Assembly (NCBI GenBank): GCA_050951805.1
Contig: JBMNJT010000002.1
Coordinates: 800,001-864,000 of the forward strand
From: Bacillota bacterium
GTDB lineage: Bacteria; Bacillota; DTU025
DNA length: 64,000 bases
Direction: 5' to 3'
Shown here: positions 17,972-27,661 of the stretch, one piece after another
How positions within the stretch are numbered: position 1 is the first letter of the stretch
How the letters are laid out: every line of letters starts with the position of its first letter
The notes under the pieces: model-generated
What the model was told of the DNA's origin: nothing
Seen by the model: the letters and a program-made list of their open reading frames with translations, nothing else
Database searches by the model: none
Position numbers and translations under genes: made by a program

Positions 17972-19795
17972 ATGTCTGTTTCTATGCCGGATGGTTCAAT
18001 GGAGATTCCGGAACGAAAGGATGTTCCTGCTGAACTCAAGTGGAAATTGGAGGACATCTATGCATCAGATGAGTTGTGGGAGGCGGATGTAGCTAGTCTC
18101 CTGGGGAGACTGCCGGAGCTAGCCTCCTTGCAAGGCAGGATCGGACAAAGCGCTGAAGATCTTCTGAAGGGCCTTGATTTGCTCAATGAGATCAATATGA
18201 TCGCGGCGAAGATCTATGTATATGCCCGCATGCGGAAAGACGAGGATAACGCGAATTCCAAGCATCAGGCTATGTACGAACGGGCAGCAAGCCTTGTGGT
18301 GCAGGTCAGTTCCACTGCATCCTTCATCAGGCCTGAGTTGCTTGAGGTTGACGAAGACACGTTGGAAGAGTATATGGCGGAGAACGCAGAGCTCGAGCTA
18401 TACCGGCATTTCTTGCATGACATATCACGCATGAGAGCACATACGCTTTCTGCTCCGGAGGAACGTCTGATCGCCATGGCTGGGGAGGTTGGCGAGGCTG
18501 TTTCCTCCATATTCACCATGCTCAACGACGCCGATATCAAGTTTGGATCGATTGTGGATGAAGAGGGCAATACCGTAGAGCTGACCAAGGGAAGATATAC
18601 AAGGTTTATGGAAAGCCCGGACAGACGTGTGCGCAAGGAAACGTATGACGCATTGTACTCGTCGTACGGGTCTTTGATAAACACAATAGGATCCACTTAC
18701 TCTGCGTCTGTAAAGAGCGACGCGTTCAACGCGAGGGCGCGCCGGTACGATACCTGCCTCGAGGCTGCGCTCGACAAAAACAACATACCTGTCAATGTCT
18801 ACAGCAACCTGTTGGAAGCGGTCAGGGACAGGCTCGGATTGATGCATAGGTACGTCGCCCTGCGAAAGAAGGCTCTGAAGCTCGACGATGTGCACATGTA
18901 TGATATATATGCACCTATAGTTCCGGATATCGAATGGACGGTCACATACGAGGAAGCAAAGAAGACTGTCTGTGAAGGCCTTGCGCCGCTGGGCGATGAA
19001 TACGTGAGCATCCTTGGGGCAGGTCTCGAGTCGGGGTGGGTGGATGTCGTCGAAAGCAGGGGGAAGACATCTGGGGCTTATTCCTGGGGCGAGTATGGAA
19101 CCCATCCATATGTCCTCTTGAACTGGCAAGACAACTTGGACAACATGTTTACTTTAGCCCATGAGATGGGCCATGCCATGCATTCACATTATTCCTGGAC
19201 AACACAGCCCTACGTATACTCTGATTACTCCATATTCCTGGCCGAAATCGCCTCTACAGCTAATGAGGTGTTGCTTATGGAACATCTGCTCGGCCTGACG
19301 GAGGATCAAGTGCGCAGAATGTACTTGCTCAATCACCTCCTTGAGCAGTTTAGGGGCACACTTTACAGGCAGACGATGTTTGCTGAGTTCGAGAAGATAG
19401 CCCATGAGAGGTATGAGGCAGGCCAAGCCCTGACCCCGGATGCGCTCAACGACATCTATCTGCAGCTCAACAGGGATTACTATGGAGACGAGATAGTGCT
19501 CGATGACAGGATCGCCCTCGAGTGGGCGCGAATCCCGCATTTTTACAGTGCTTTCTATGTATACCAGTATGCTACAGGGTTTTCGGCAGCGGTTGCATTG
19601 GCCGAAAGTATACTGGAGCATGGAGACCCGGCGAGGGATCGATACATCGAGTTTTTGAGAGGTGGAAGGTCGAAGTATCCCTTGGACCTTCTGCGTGACG
19701 CTGGAGTGGACATGACATCGCCGGATCCTATTCACCGAGCGCTGGACGTGTTCGAGAAATCTCTGGAAGAGATGGAAACGTATTTTAGAGGATAG
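17972..19795 (+). CDS. pepF: Oligoendopeptidase F (M3B)
   Basis: KWKLEDIY, GKTSGAYS, HEMGH, AEIAS, WARIPHFY..FYVYQYATG. Confidence 0.96.
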   Translation: MSVSMPDGSMEIPERKDVPAELKWKLEDIYASDELWEADVASLLGRLPELASLQGRIGQSAEDLLKGLDLLNEINMIAAKIYVYARMRKDEDNANSKHQAMYERAASLVVQVSSTASFIRPELLEVDEDTLEEYMAENAELELYRHFLHDISRMRAHTLSAPEERLIAMAGEVGEAVSSIFTMLNDADIKFGSIVDEEGNTVELTKGRYTRFMESPDRRVRKETYDALYSSYGSLINTIGSTYSASVKSDAFNARARRYDTCLEAALDKNNIPVNVYSNLLEAVRDRLGLMHRYVALRKKALKLDDVHMYDIYAPIVPDIEWTVTYEEAKKTVCEGLAPLGDEYVSILGAGLESGWVDVVESRGKTSGAYSWGEYGTHPYVLLNWQDNLDNMFTLAHEMGHAMHSHYSWTTQPYVYSDYSIFLAEIASTANEVLLMEHLLGLTEDQVRRMYLLNHLLEQFRGTLYRQTMFAEFEKIAHERYEAGQALTPDALNDIYLQLNRDYYGDEIVLDDRIALEWARIPHFYSAFYVYQYATGFSAAVALAESILEHGDPARDRYIEFLRGGRSKYPLDLLRDAGVDMTSPDPIHRALDVFEKSLEEMETYFRG

Positions 19796-19878
19796 CAACG
19801 AAATATGCCATGCCTGGGTGGACACTGAAGAACGAGATACTGTATTATATAAGCAGCAGCTAGAATGCAGTTTCGTGG

Positions 19879-21831
19879 ATGGTGAAATGTATGGGAAGGG
19901 AGACATCTTCCGTCGTCGCCGTAGGCGGCCAGGAAGTGTTCGAGCTATATTACCCAGGCGACGATCTCGGGGCTGTTTATTCCAAAGAATCAACGACGTT
20001 CCGCGTGTTTGCCCCTACAGCTCTCGGCGTGTCGGTGGCTCTTTACTCGTCGACCGCGGCGACTGTCGCTGATGCGATCGAGATGGCGCCGGACTGTGAC
20101 GGGACTTGGCGGGCCACTGTCCCCGGCGACCTTGAGGGAGTTTGCTATACGTACCGCGTCGACCTAGGGGGAGTGGTCAACGAGGCCGTCGATCCATATG
20201 CTCGTGCGTTGACTGCAAACGGGGTTCACGGCGTTGTTGTGGATCTGGATATGACTGACCCAGAAGGCTGGGAGAATGATGTACGGCCGCCCTTTGGTGC
20301 AGCGACAGACGCGATCATATACGAAGTGCACGTACGGGATTTCACGAGTTCTCCTCATTCGGGGGTGCGTTATCCCGGAAAATACTTGGGCATGGCTGAT
20401 AGGGGTTCTAGAGGTCCTGCCGGAGTTTGCACCGGCCTCGATCACCTGGCGGAGCTGGGAGTCACCCATGTCCAGCTGATGCCCATACAGGATTTTGCTT
20501 CCGTGGACGAGCTGGACAAGGATGGCTATAATTGGGGCTATGATCCGTACCATTTCTTTGTTCCCGAGGGGTCGTACTCTATTGCGCCCGAGTGCGGAAT
20601 TGCCAGAATCATAGAAGTCAAGAAGATGATTCAAGCTATGCACTCGGCGGGCCTACGTGTGATCATGGATGTCGTGTACAATCACACGTGGTCTGTGGAA
20701 GACTCGCCGCTCCATATGATTGTGCCGTCTTATTATCACCGCGCTGACTGCGCGGGCAGGTACACAAATGGATCAGGATGCGGGAACGAGTTGGCAACGG
20801 AGAGGCCGATGGTTCGAAAGTTGATTCTCGATTCTTTACGATACTGGGTCGAAGAGTACCATGTAGACGGCTTCAGGTTCGATCTCATGGCGCTGATGGA
20901 TTACGAGACAGCGAGGGAGATTGAGTTGAGGTTGCATGCAATCGAGCCGTCGCTGTTGCTTTACGGGGAACCCTGGGCCGGTGGGCTTTCCGGGCTGTCA
21001 TCTCACAGAATGTTCACAAAAGGCAGACAACGTGGATTGAAGATAGGTTTTTTCAACGATGGATTCAGAAATGCCATAAAAGGCGATAATGACGGAGTCA
21101 GGCGTGGGTTTGCAACTGGCGCTGGTGGATGTGGACGTGCAATTGAGAGGGGCGTAGTTGGGGGAATACCTTACTCGGCCGACATAGCTGATTTTGCGAC
21201 AGAGCCGGGTGAGTGCATAAACTACGTATCGTGCCATGACAACCTCACATTGTGGGACAAGATTGCCCGGTCGGTGCCGTTAGATTCCGAAGAGGACAGA
21301 ATCAAGATGGACTTGTTGGCGCAGGCGATTGTAATGACGTCTCAGGGCATTCCATTTATTGAGGGAGGCGCTGAGATGCTCAGGACAAAAGGCGGACACT
21401 GCAATAGCTACCGTGCGGGCGATGCGATTAACCGCTTCGATTGGGTGCGGAAGTTGGATTATGCGGAGGTTTTCGACTACTACAGAGGGCTGATACAGCT
21501 TCGTCGGGCACACCGCGCATTCCGAATGTGCTCTGCAGAGGCAATCAGGCGTTCACTCAGATTCCTGCCGGCTCCTGCAGATAACGTTGTGGCGTTCATG
21601 TTGGATGGGGCTTCGTGCGGAGACGAGTGGGATAAGATTGTCGTCGTTTACAACCCCAACAGGCAAGATGTTAGGATAGATCTGCCGATCGAGGGCGAGT
21701 GGAAGGTTGTTGTCGGGGGAGCTTCGGCCGGAGTGGAGCCGCTCGACCCTGATCTGTTCGGACTGCGAACCTATGAAGGAGGGGCTGCTGTGGTGGCGAA
21801 AGCCATATCAACAACGGTCCTACATACGTAG
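19879..21831 (+). CDS. pulA: Type I pullulanase (GH13)
   Basis: YNWGYDP, DVVYNH, DGFRFDLM, YGEPW, YVSCHDN. Confidence 0.95.
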   Translation: MVKCMGRETSSVVAVGGQEVFELYYPGDDLGAVYSKESTTFRVFAPTALGVSVALYSSTAATVADAIEMAPDCDGTWRATVPGDLEGVCYTYRVDLGGVVNEAVDPYARALTANGVHGVVVDLDMTDPEGWENDVRPPFGAATDAIIYEVHVRDFTSSPHSGVRYPGKYLGMADRGSRGPAGVCTGLDHLAELGVTHVQLMPIQDFASVDELDKDGYNWGYDPYHFFVPEGSYSIAPECGIARIIEVKKMIQAMHSAGLRVIMDVVYNHTWSVEDSPLHMIVPSYYHRADCAGRYTNGSGCGNELATERPMVRKLILDSLRYWVEEYHVDGFRFDLMALMDYETAREIELRLHAIEPSLLLYGEPWAGGLSGLSSHRMFTKGRQRGLKIGFFNDGFRNAIKGDNDGVRRGFATGAGGCGRAIERGVVGGIPYSADIADFATEPGECINYVSCHDNLTLWDKIARSVPLDSEEDRIKMDLLAQAIVMTSQGIPFIEGGAEMLRTKGGHCNSYRAGDAINRFDWVRKLDYAEVFDYYRGLIQLRRAHRAFRMCSAEAIRRSLRFLPAPADNVVAFMLDGASCGDEWDKIVVVYNPNRQDVRIDLPIEGEWKVVVGGASAGVEPLDPDLFGLRTYEGGAAVVAKAISTTVLHT

Positions 21832-21864
21832 TGCAGCCGGGCCCCTGGAAAAGGAGGAGCACGC

Positions 21865-22812
21865 ATGCCCGCCAACCTCACCCCGCAGTACATGGAGGCG
21901 GAGGAGGCGTACAAGCGCGCAACCACCGCAGATGAAAAGATAGCCGCTGTCGAAGAGATGCTTAGGACGATTCCAAAGCACAAAGGCACTGAGAAGTTGC
22001 AAGCTGATCTCAGGAAACGTCTTGCTAGGCTTCGGGCGGAAGGCCGGGAATTGCGAAAAAAAGGCAAGGCCGATCCCTACTGTGTGCAAAGAGAAGGGGC
22101 GGGTCAAGTATTCGTTGTTGGCCCGCCTAATTCCGGCAAGTCGGCGCTGGTTGGGGCACTTACCAATGCTAAAGTAGTGGTGGCGCCCTATCCTTATGCC
22201 ACACCTCTGCCTGTCCCGGGAATGATGAAATTCGAGAACATACAGATCCAGTTGGTGGATTGCCCGCCTATCTCTGCTTCAAATTGTCCCCCTGCATTGA
22301 CTGCCTCTATGCGGACGGGTGACGGGGTTATGATCGTTTTGGATGCCAGTTCTGATTCATGCCTCGATGATCTCGACGAGCAGCTTGCGTTGTTACGGGA
22401 ACGAAAAGTGATTGAAGATGCGAAACGCTTCCTAATAGTTGCATCCAAGATTGACCTGCCCGACGCTGCCATCAATGCAGATATCTTGGCTGAGGCTTGT
22501 GGAGAAGCACAGCTTGTTCGCGTCTCGACCACTTCGGGGCATGGCATTTGCGAGTTGCCAGAGATCATATTTGCCATGCTCGGGATTATCAGGCTCTATC
22601 CCAAGCCGCCCGGCAAGGAGGAGCCCGACCAGAATTCGCCGGTAACGCTGCCGGCCGGGAGCACAGTGGCTGATTTGGCCGAAGCCATCCATCGCGATTT
22701 GCCGCAAACCATGAAGGGTGCCAAAGTATGGGGTTCTACGCGGTTTGGCGGCCAGCTTGCTCCGCGCGAATGGGTGCTTGAAGACGGCGATATCGTCGAG
22801 TTTCGAACCTGA
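21865..22812 (+). CDS. DRG/OBG-family GTPase with C-terminal TGS domain
   Basis: MPANLTPQY..PKHKGTEKL, GPPNSGKS, QIQLVDCP, LEDGDIVEF. Confidence 0.88.
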   Translation: MPANLTPQYMEAEEAYKRATTADEKIAAVEEMLRTIPKHKGTEKLQADLRKRLARLRAEGRELRKKGKADPYCVQREGAGQVFVVGPPNSGKSALVGALTNAKVVVAPYPYATPLPVPGMMKFENIQIQLVDCPPISASNCPPALTASMRTGDGVMIVLDASSDSCLDDLDEQLALLRERKVIEDAKRFLIVASKIDLPDAAINADILAEACGEAQLVRVSTTSGHGICELPEIIFAMLGIIRLYPKPPGKEEPDQNSPVTLPAGSTVADLAEAIHRDLPQTMKGAKVWGSTRFGGQLAPREWVLEDGDIVEFRT

Positions 22813-22931
22813 TGCTGATGCTTTGCCGCAAAGAAGGGGAAAGGCATTCCTGAAGCGAATATTAAAAGGTTAAAGTTGGCTATATGGAGTGTTTGCGGAC
22901 AGAGCCATGCTGCGAGAAGGAGGATCTGCCG

Positions 22932-23435
22932 GTGAGAGCTTTGCTTGTATATCATTCACGAACAGGTGCAACTGAGAGATTGATTAAGTCTATAGGACGG
23001 GCATTGGAAGGGCGTGGCCACCGCGTGGAATATCACAAACTCGAGGCCAAGCGTCCGATGGGGTGGTTTGCTTCAAGTTGGGCTGCGTTCCGAAAGAGGG
23101 AAACCGACTTAGCCGAGGATATGCCGAAAAGCTTGCGCATGTATGAGTTGGTTTTGATTGCGGGCCCCGTAATCGCGGGCAAGACGTCTGCGGAGCTGAA
23201 CGCTTTTCTCAACAACATGCCTGACGGCATCGGCCGCCGGTTTGGAGTTTTTGCGACATCAGGCAGTGGGGCTGCTGAAGGACCGCTTCGCTCCATCAAG
23301 TCCAGGGTTGAACATGTGGGTGGTTTCATAATCTACGAGGATGTTGTGAAAAGGCAGATAGCGATGGATCCCGAGGCATGCACCAGACGCGCGGAGGAGA
23401 TTGCCGAGCAGCTGGTTAGGCCGTGGGTCTGGTGA
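22932..23435 (+). CDS. Flavodoxin-like protein
   Basis: LVYHSRTGAT flavodoxin loop; AAGGAGG RBS before GTG 22932. Confidence 0.75.
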   Translation: MRALLVYHSRTGATERLIKSIGRALEGRGHRVEYHKLEAKRPMGWFASSWAAFRKRETDLAEDMPKSLRMYELVLIAGPVIAGKTSAELNAFLNNMPDGIGRRFGVFATSGSGAAEGPLRSIKSRVEHVGGFIIYEDVVKRQIAMDPEACTRRAEEIAEQLVRPWVW

Positions 23436-23449
23436 GGGGGCGGCGATGA

Positions 23450-24694
23450 ATGAATAAAGACGCACTGATGCAAGAAGGCGTCGCGGAGAAGTTCATGAGA
23501 TATGTCAGGGTCAACACCGAGAGTTCGGATGAGACCGATACGACTCCTAGCACGGAAGGACAATGGGATCTCGCCCGCATGCTGGCGGAAGAACTTCGTG
23601 CACTTGGGCTTGAAGATGTTGCCGTGGACGAACACTGTTTTGTTATAGGCAGATTGCCGTCAAATCTGGACAAGCCTGCGCCGGCAGTCGGTTTCATGGC
23701 TCATCTCGACACTGTTCCGGGAATTCCGGGAGAAGGGGTAAAACCCGTAATGCATAGAGGATATGCGGGCGGAGAGATTGAGATCGGTCATGGCGTCATT
23801 TTGAGCCCAGAGGATTCGCCAGCACTTGCTGCTGCAATAGGCTGTGACATAATCACCTCAGACGGATCTACCTTGCTAGGCACGGATGACAAGGCCGGCA
23901 TCGCCGGTATAATGCAGGCCTTGGTTGAGCTCATCCGAGACCCTGATATCCCTCGACCCGATGTATGGATAGCCTTTACGCCTGATGAAGAGATAGGGAA
24001 GGGGGTAGCCAGATTTCCCTATGATAAGTGGGGCGCGAAATACGCTTACACACTAGACGGGGGATATCTCGGGGAGCTTTCGGAGGAGACCTTCAACGCA
24101 ATAAATGGTGTTGTAACTATAGAGGGAGTGTCGAGCCATACCGGAACTGCTAGGGGAAAGATGGTGAATGCAGTCCACATTGCGGCCGAACTGATTTCTG
24201 CAATCCCCGCCGACTGGCGGCCTGAAACCACGTCAGGCAGGGAAGGCTTTACGCATCCCAACGAAATCGAAGGCAATGTGGAGAAGGTATCGATAAAAGT
24301 CATCATCCGCGATTTCGATGCCAAGCTTCTGGAAAAGAGGGAGAGCGCTTTCATCAAGACATTAGAGGCGCTGGAGGCGAACTACCCTGGATGCAGCATC
24401 AAGTGGGCTCATACCGGGGGCTATCGCAATATGAAGGAAAAACTGGATGAAGATCCCCGAGTCGTGAGGCTGGCGTTGGAAGCTATGGAGATGGCCAATG
24501 TTGATCCTGTAGTTGCGCCTATAAGAGGGGGCACTGATGGCTCGAGGCTGACTTGCGAAGGCGTCCTCACGCCTAACCTTTTCGCAGGCGGCGGCGACAT
24601 GCACAGCAGGCGCGAGTGGGCGTGCGTACAGTGGATGGAGAAGGCTGCTGAAGTAGTAGTCAACCTGTGCAGGTTGTGGGCAGAGGAGGAATAG
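23450..24694 (+). CDS. pepT: Peptidase T (tripeptide aminopeptidase)
   Basis: PSTEGQ, AHLDT, LGTDDKAG, FTPDEEIG, PIRGGTDG. Confidence 0.96.
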   Translation: MNKDALMQEGVAEKFMRYVRVNTESSDETDTTPSTEGQWDLARMLAEELRALGLEDVAVDEHCFVIGRLPSNLDKPAPAVGFMAHLDTVPGIPGEGVKPVMHRGYAGGEIEIGHGVILSPEDSPALAAAIGCDIITSDGSTLLGTDDKAGIAGIMQALVELIRDPDIPRPDVWIAFTPDEEIGKGVARFPYDKWGAKYAYTLDGGYLGELSEETFNAINGVVTIEGVSSHTGTARGKMVNAVHIAAELISAIPADWRPETTSGREGFTHPNEIEGNVEKVSIKVIIRDFDAKLLEKRESAFIKTLEALEANYPGCSIKWAHTGGYRNMKEKLDEDPRVVRLALEAMEMANVDPVVAPIRGGTDGSRLTCEGVLTPNLFAGGGDMHSRREWACVQWMEKAAEVVVNLCRLWAEEE

Positions 24695-24802
24695 CTGACT
24701 GCAAGTTCCCTCCAATGTACCTTGTGGGTTGAGGCATGCTTGCCTGGGGCAAGTTGCGTAATCCTGACTCCCCATATTGATTCCAATCGTGTCGTTCTGG
24801 TT

Positions 24803-24829
24803 ACCCGTGTGGAAGCGCACGGGTTTTTT
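24803..24829 (+). terminator. Rho-independent terminator
   Basis: acccgtgt-ggaa-gcgcacgggt stem followed by a T-tract. Confidence 0.75.
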
Positions 24830-25019
24830 CATGCCTGTTAGGGTCCTTTTGCTACGATGCCGTTTTTTCGGATCCGGACCGCTGCTCGGGTAAAGCGGAT
24901 CAACCCCGAAACTGCTTCTTCTCTAGCCCTTGCCACTTTCAGCCGATATCAGCGCTTCGCCTGACTTTATGGCAATGCTAGTCGAGTGGGACTAGCCAGA
25001 TGGTTAATCCATTAAATGG

Positions 25020-25048
25020 TTGACTATCCTGATTTATGATATTACAAT
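25020..25048 (+). promoter_or_regulatory. Sigma-A-type promoter of the ABC exporter
   Basis: TTGACT, 17-nt spacer, TACAAT, then RBS GGGAGG. Confidence 0.6.
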
Positions 25049-25082
25049 TACAGGTAGTGATGGCCGCAGGGAGGTGGTATTC

Positions 25083-26099
25083 TTGTCCGATTTGGTCGTT
25101 GACATGAAATCAGCTCGCAAGGTATTCAGGCGTCGGCGATGCGATAAGCCCGTTGTTGCCCTCTGCGATCTTTCATTGGCAATTCCTAAGGGAGAGGTTT
25201 TGGGCCTGCTTGGTCCCAATGGAGCGGGGAAGAGCACCGCTATCCGGATGATGTCGGGGCTTGTTACTCCCACATCCGGCACGATACTTATTGGAGGGTA
25301 TGATGTGGTGGAGCAAAGGCCCGAGGCTTTGAGCTGTGTGGGTGTGGTATTGGATCGCGCACGCACCCTTTACCCTCGGATGACGCCATGGGAGAACATA
25401 CAATACTTTGGCATCATGAAAGGTCTGCGGGATACTGAGAGGCTTCGAATTCGCGCCGGCGAATGGCTGGACTTTTTCAACATTGCAGAAGTGGCCGATA
25501 GGCCTGTGAATGACCTATCCATGGGCACAAAGCAAAAGGTTTCCCTGGCGGTTGCCCTTGCGGCAGAGCCTCGGGTTGTTCTTCTCGATGAGCCCACTGT
25601 GGGCCTTGATGTCATGTCCTCTCTGGAACTGCGCAAGGCGATCAAGCGCATGGCCCATGAAGAAGGGTGTACTGTGATCATGACTACTCATCAGATGGAT
25701 GTGGCAGAGGATGTATGTGATAGAGTATGTATCTTAAATGAAGGCAGGGTGTTGGCGCTCGATACAGTCAGGCGCCTTCTGGACGTCTTCGCTTTCAGAG
25801 CTTATACCTTGACCCTAGCAGGGTCATTGACCGAAGAGGTTCGAACCGCTTTGAGCGGTTTGGGGCAGGTACAGGTGAGGGAAGAATGGCTGGATGGCTT
25901 CGGTGTCAGCCATTCCGGATACACGGTGATCGATATCGATGTTCCTGACGAGCGTGGATTCTTCGATGTTATGGGGGTGTTGGAGTTGGCAGCAGTGGGG
26001 GTCGAGTCTGTAACCAGGCGAGAACCTTGTCTGGAGTCTGTGTTTCTGAAACTTGCCGGAAAAGAAGATGTCTCTTTTCGCCAACCTTCCTACGCCTGA
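25083..26099 (+). CDS. ABC-2 type exporter ATP-binding protein
   Basis: GPNGAGKS, LSMG, LLDEPT, TTH; TTG 25083 follows GGGAGG. Confidence 0.92.
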   Translation: MSDLVVDMKSARKVFRRRRCDKPVVALCDLSLAIPKGEVLGLLGPNGAGKSTAIRMMSGLVTPTSGTILIGGYDVVEQRPEALSCVGVVLDRARTLYPRMTPWENIQYFGIMKGLRDTERLRIRAGEWLDFFNIAEVADRPVNDLSMGTKQKVSLAVALAAEPRVVLLDEPTVGLDVMSSLELRKAIKRMAHEEGCTVIMTTHQMDVAEDVCDRVCILNEGRVLALDTVRRLLDVFAFRAYTLTLAGSLTEEVRTALSGLGQVQVREEWLDGFGVSHSGYTVIDIDVPDERGFFDVMGVLELAAVGVESVTRREPCLESVFLKLAGKEDVSFRQPSYA

Positions 26100-26798
26100 A
26101 GCCGGGGCATATGCGCCTTAGACACTGCGGGTGATGGCCAAAGAGTTCGATGGGCAACTTGCTGCGAGAGGACGAAGCATGCGGATACTCGTCAAAATCA
26201 TGGAGCCCTTAATGATTCAGCCCAAGAAAGGCAAGGGTTCTGTTGGCTCAGGGGAAGTGGTGAAGCAAGACAGTTTATGCTCTTCAGGGTGGATGCAGGG
26301 CCACAAACGACTGGCATCTCTGGTGCAACCTATGGCTAGATCCTATTTGAAGCAGAGGTCGTAGATACCGAAAGAACTGAAACCTGATGGATGGCTTGCT
26401 CCGTCGGTACAGAGCAAGTTAGGCACTCGCCTCAAGGTAGTTGCGGCCCGCTTCTGATAACCAGCATTACCACGGATGGCGCAGAAAGGGTCTGCCACGA
26501 TGTGGCGTGCATGGGAACAATGCTGCAGGAGTTATATCCAAGTGTTTACGGAGGCCTATGGGTACATCACCAAGCAGCGAGCGCAGGAGAGCTGGGTATA
26601 TTCACGGGTTTGGCCTGTTTTGCAAGGTTGGGTATAAAGGCTAGGAGTGCTTTATCTTTGGAAATACATGTTACAGGCTGTTTTAACCTGTGCAACTTGG
26701 ATGGCAAAAGGATCTCGGCATCGGCCAATGCTGTGCGAGAGGAGGGAAAACGCTACTTTCCCCTGTAATTGAAGGAGAAGGAGGGGGTTTACGTAGCG
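26080..26798 (+). mobile_element. Decayed IS200/IS605-superfamily IscB (OMEGA) element: pseudogene plus omegaRNA and end remnants
   Basis: Ordered frameshifted IscB motifs: EPLM, SPRKARVLLAQGK, RVDAG..TGIS, ILFEAEV, DGWLAPSVQSK, ITSIT, YGYITK, HGFGLF.KV.Y, ECFIFG, GCFNL..LDG; IS-end-like sequences at both flanks. Confidence 0.8.
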
Positions 26799-26807
26799 TG
26801 ATATCTG

Positions 26808-27590
26808 ATGAATGTGCAAGCGGTATGGGTTGAGATCAAGAAGGGACTGATCCGAAAGATCAGAAGTCCTGTGGAACTGATTACTGAGACACTGGCAGCA
26901 TATGTCTTTCTGACTGTGGCGATTATGGCTGCCTCGGGACGGGCTGTTACCTCCGGGGACGCTGCCGATGAGCTCCTGTTTTCCCTTGCATGCGTCTTTT
27001 TTTGTATGGGGGCCTTGCAGGGAGTGGTGCGAATTGTCACGGAGGAGCCGGGGTCAGGCGTGGTTGAGCAGCTCAGTTCCTCTAGTATTCCACTTTGGCG
27101 TATTGCCCTTATACGGGATATCGCGTCGCTTGCGAATTTCCTGCCCAATATCGCCGTCATAATACTGGCGGTGTCTCTTACAACAGGCGCCCGCATGCCT
27201 CCTCCGAAACTGTCTGCGCTCGTGCCGCTGATCTTGATGCGCTTAGGAATGCTGGGAATAGGCTATGTTCTGGGCGGGATCGCCCTCCTAGCAAAAAGAA
27301 TAGGGGGACTTGTCAACTTGATCTCTATGGGTCTGTTCGCTGTGGCATTTGTCCCGGTGGATGCGAAGAAGGGTTTAGTAGCTGCGGTCAGCAGATTCCT
27401 GCCATACGGGGGATGCTACTACATGGCTCGCGAAATAACCTTCGGCGGAGTCGGCCTTGGAGAATTCGTGGCTGGAGGGGATTTGGCGTCCGCGGCAATT
27501 CTTGCGGGAGTATACTTCGTGATAGGCGTTTTCGCTTTCAACAAGGCTTTTGAGGCGGCGCTAGATGGCGGGTTCCTCGGCAAGTCGTAG
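26808..27590 (+). CDS. ABC-2 type exporter permease
   Basis: About 6 TM helices, E..SGVVEQL..S motif; partner of the upstream ATPase. Confidence 0.85.
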   Translation: MNVQAVWVEIKKGLIRKIRSPVELITETLAAYVFLTVAIMAASGRAVTSGDAADELLFSLACVFFCMGALQGVVRIVTEEPGSGVVEQLSSSSIPLWRIALIRDIASLANFLPNIAVIILAVSLTTGARMPPPKLSALVPLILMRLGMLGIGYVLGGIALLAKRIGGLVNLISMGLFAVAFVPVDAKKGLVAAVSRFLPYGGCYYMAREITFGGVGLGEFVAGGDLASAAILAGVYFVIGVFAFNKAFEAALDGGFLGKS

Positions 27591-27661
27591 TTATGGAGGG
27601 AACTACGCTGCGTTGTCGAAAGATATTAGGTACGTCTGCCCGCAACAAGGGGAGGATAACC

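Noticed and set aside
18425-19993. Long antisense ORFs (234 and 269 aa), and similar ones opposite msmX and A2M
   Set aside because: Shadow frames of well-supported genes with no recognisable motifs.
26131-26768. ORFs of 77, 125 and 67 aa as real genes
   Set aside because: They are frame fragments of the decayed IscB.
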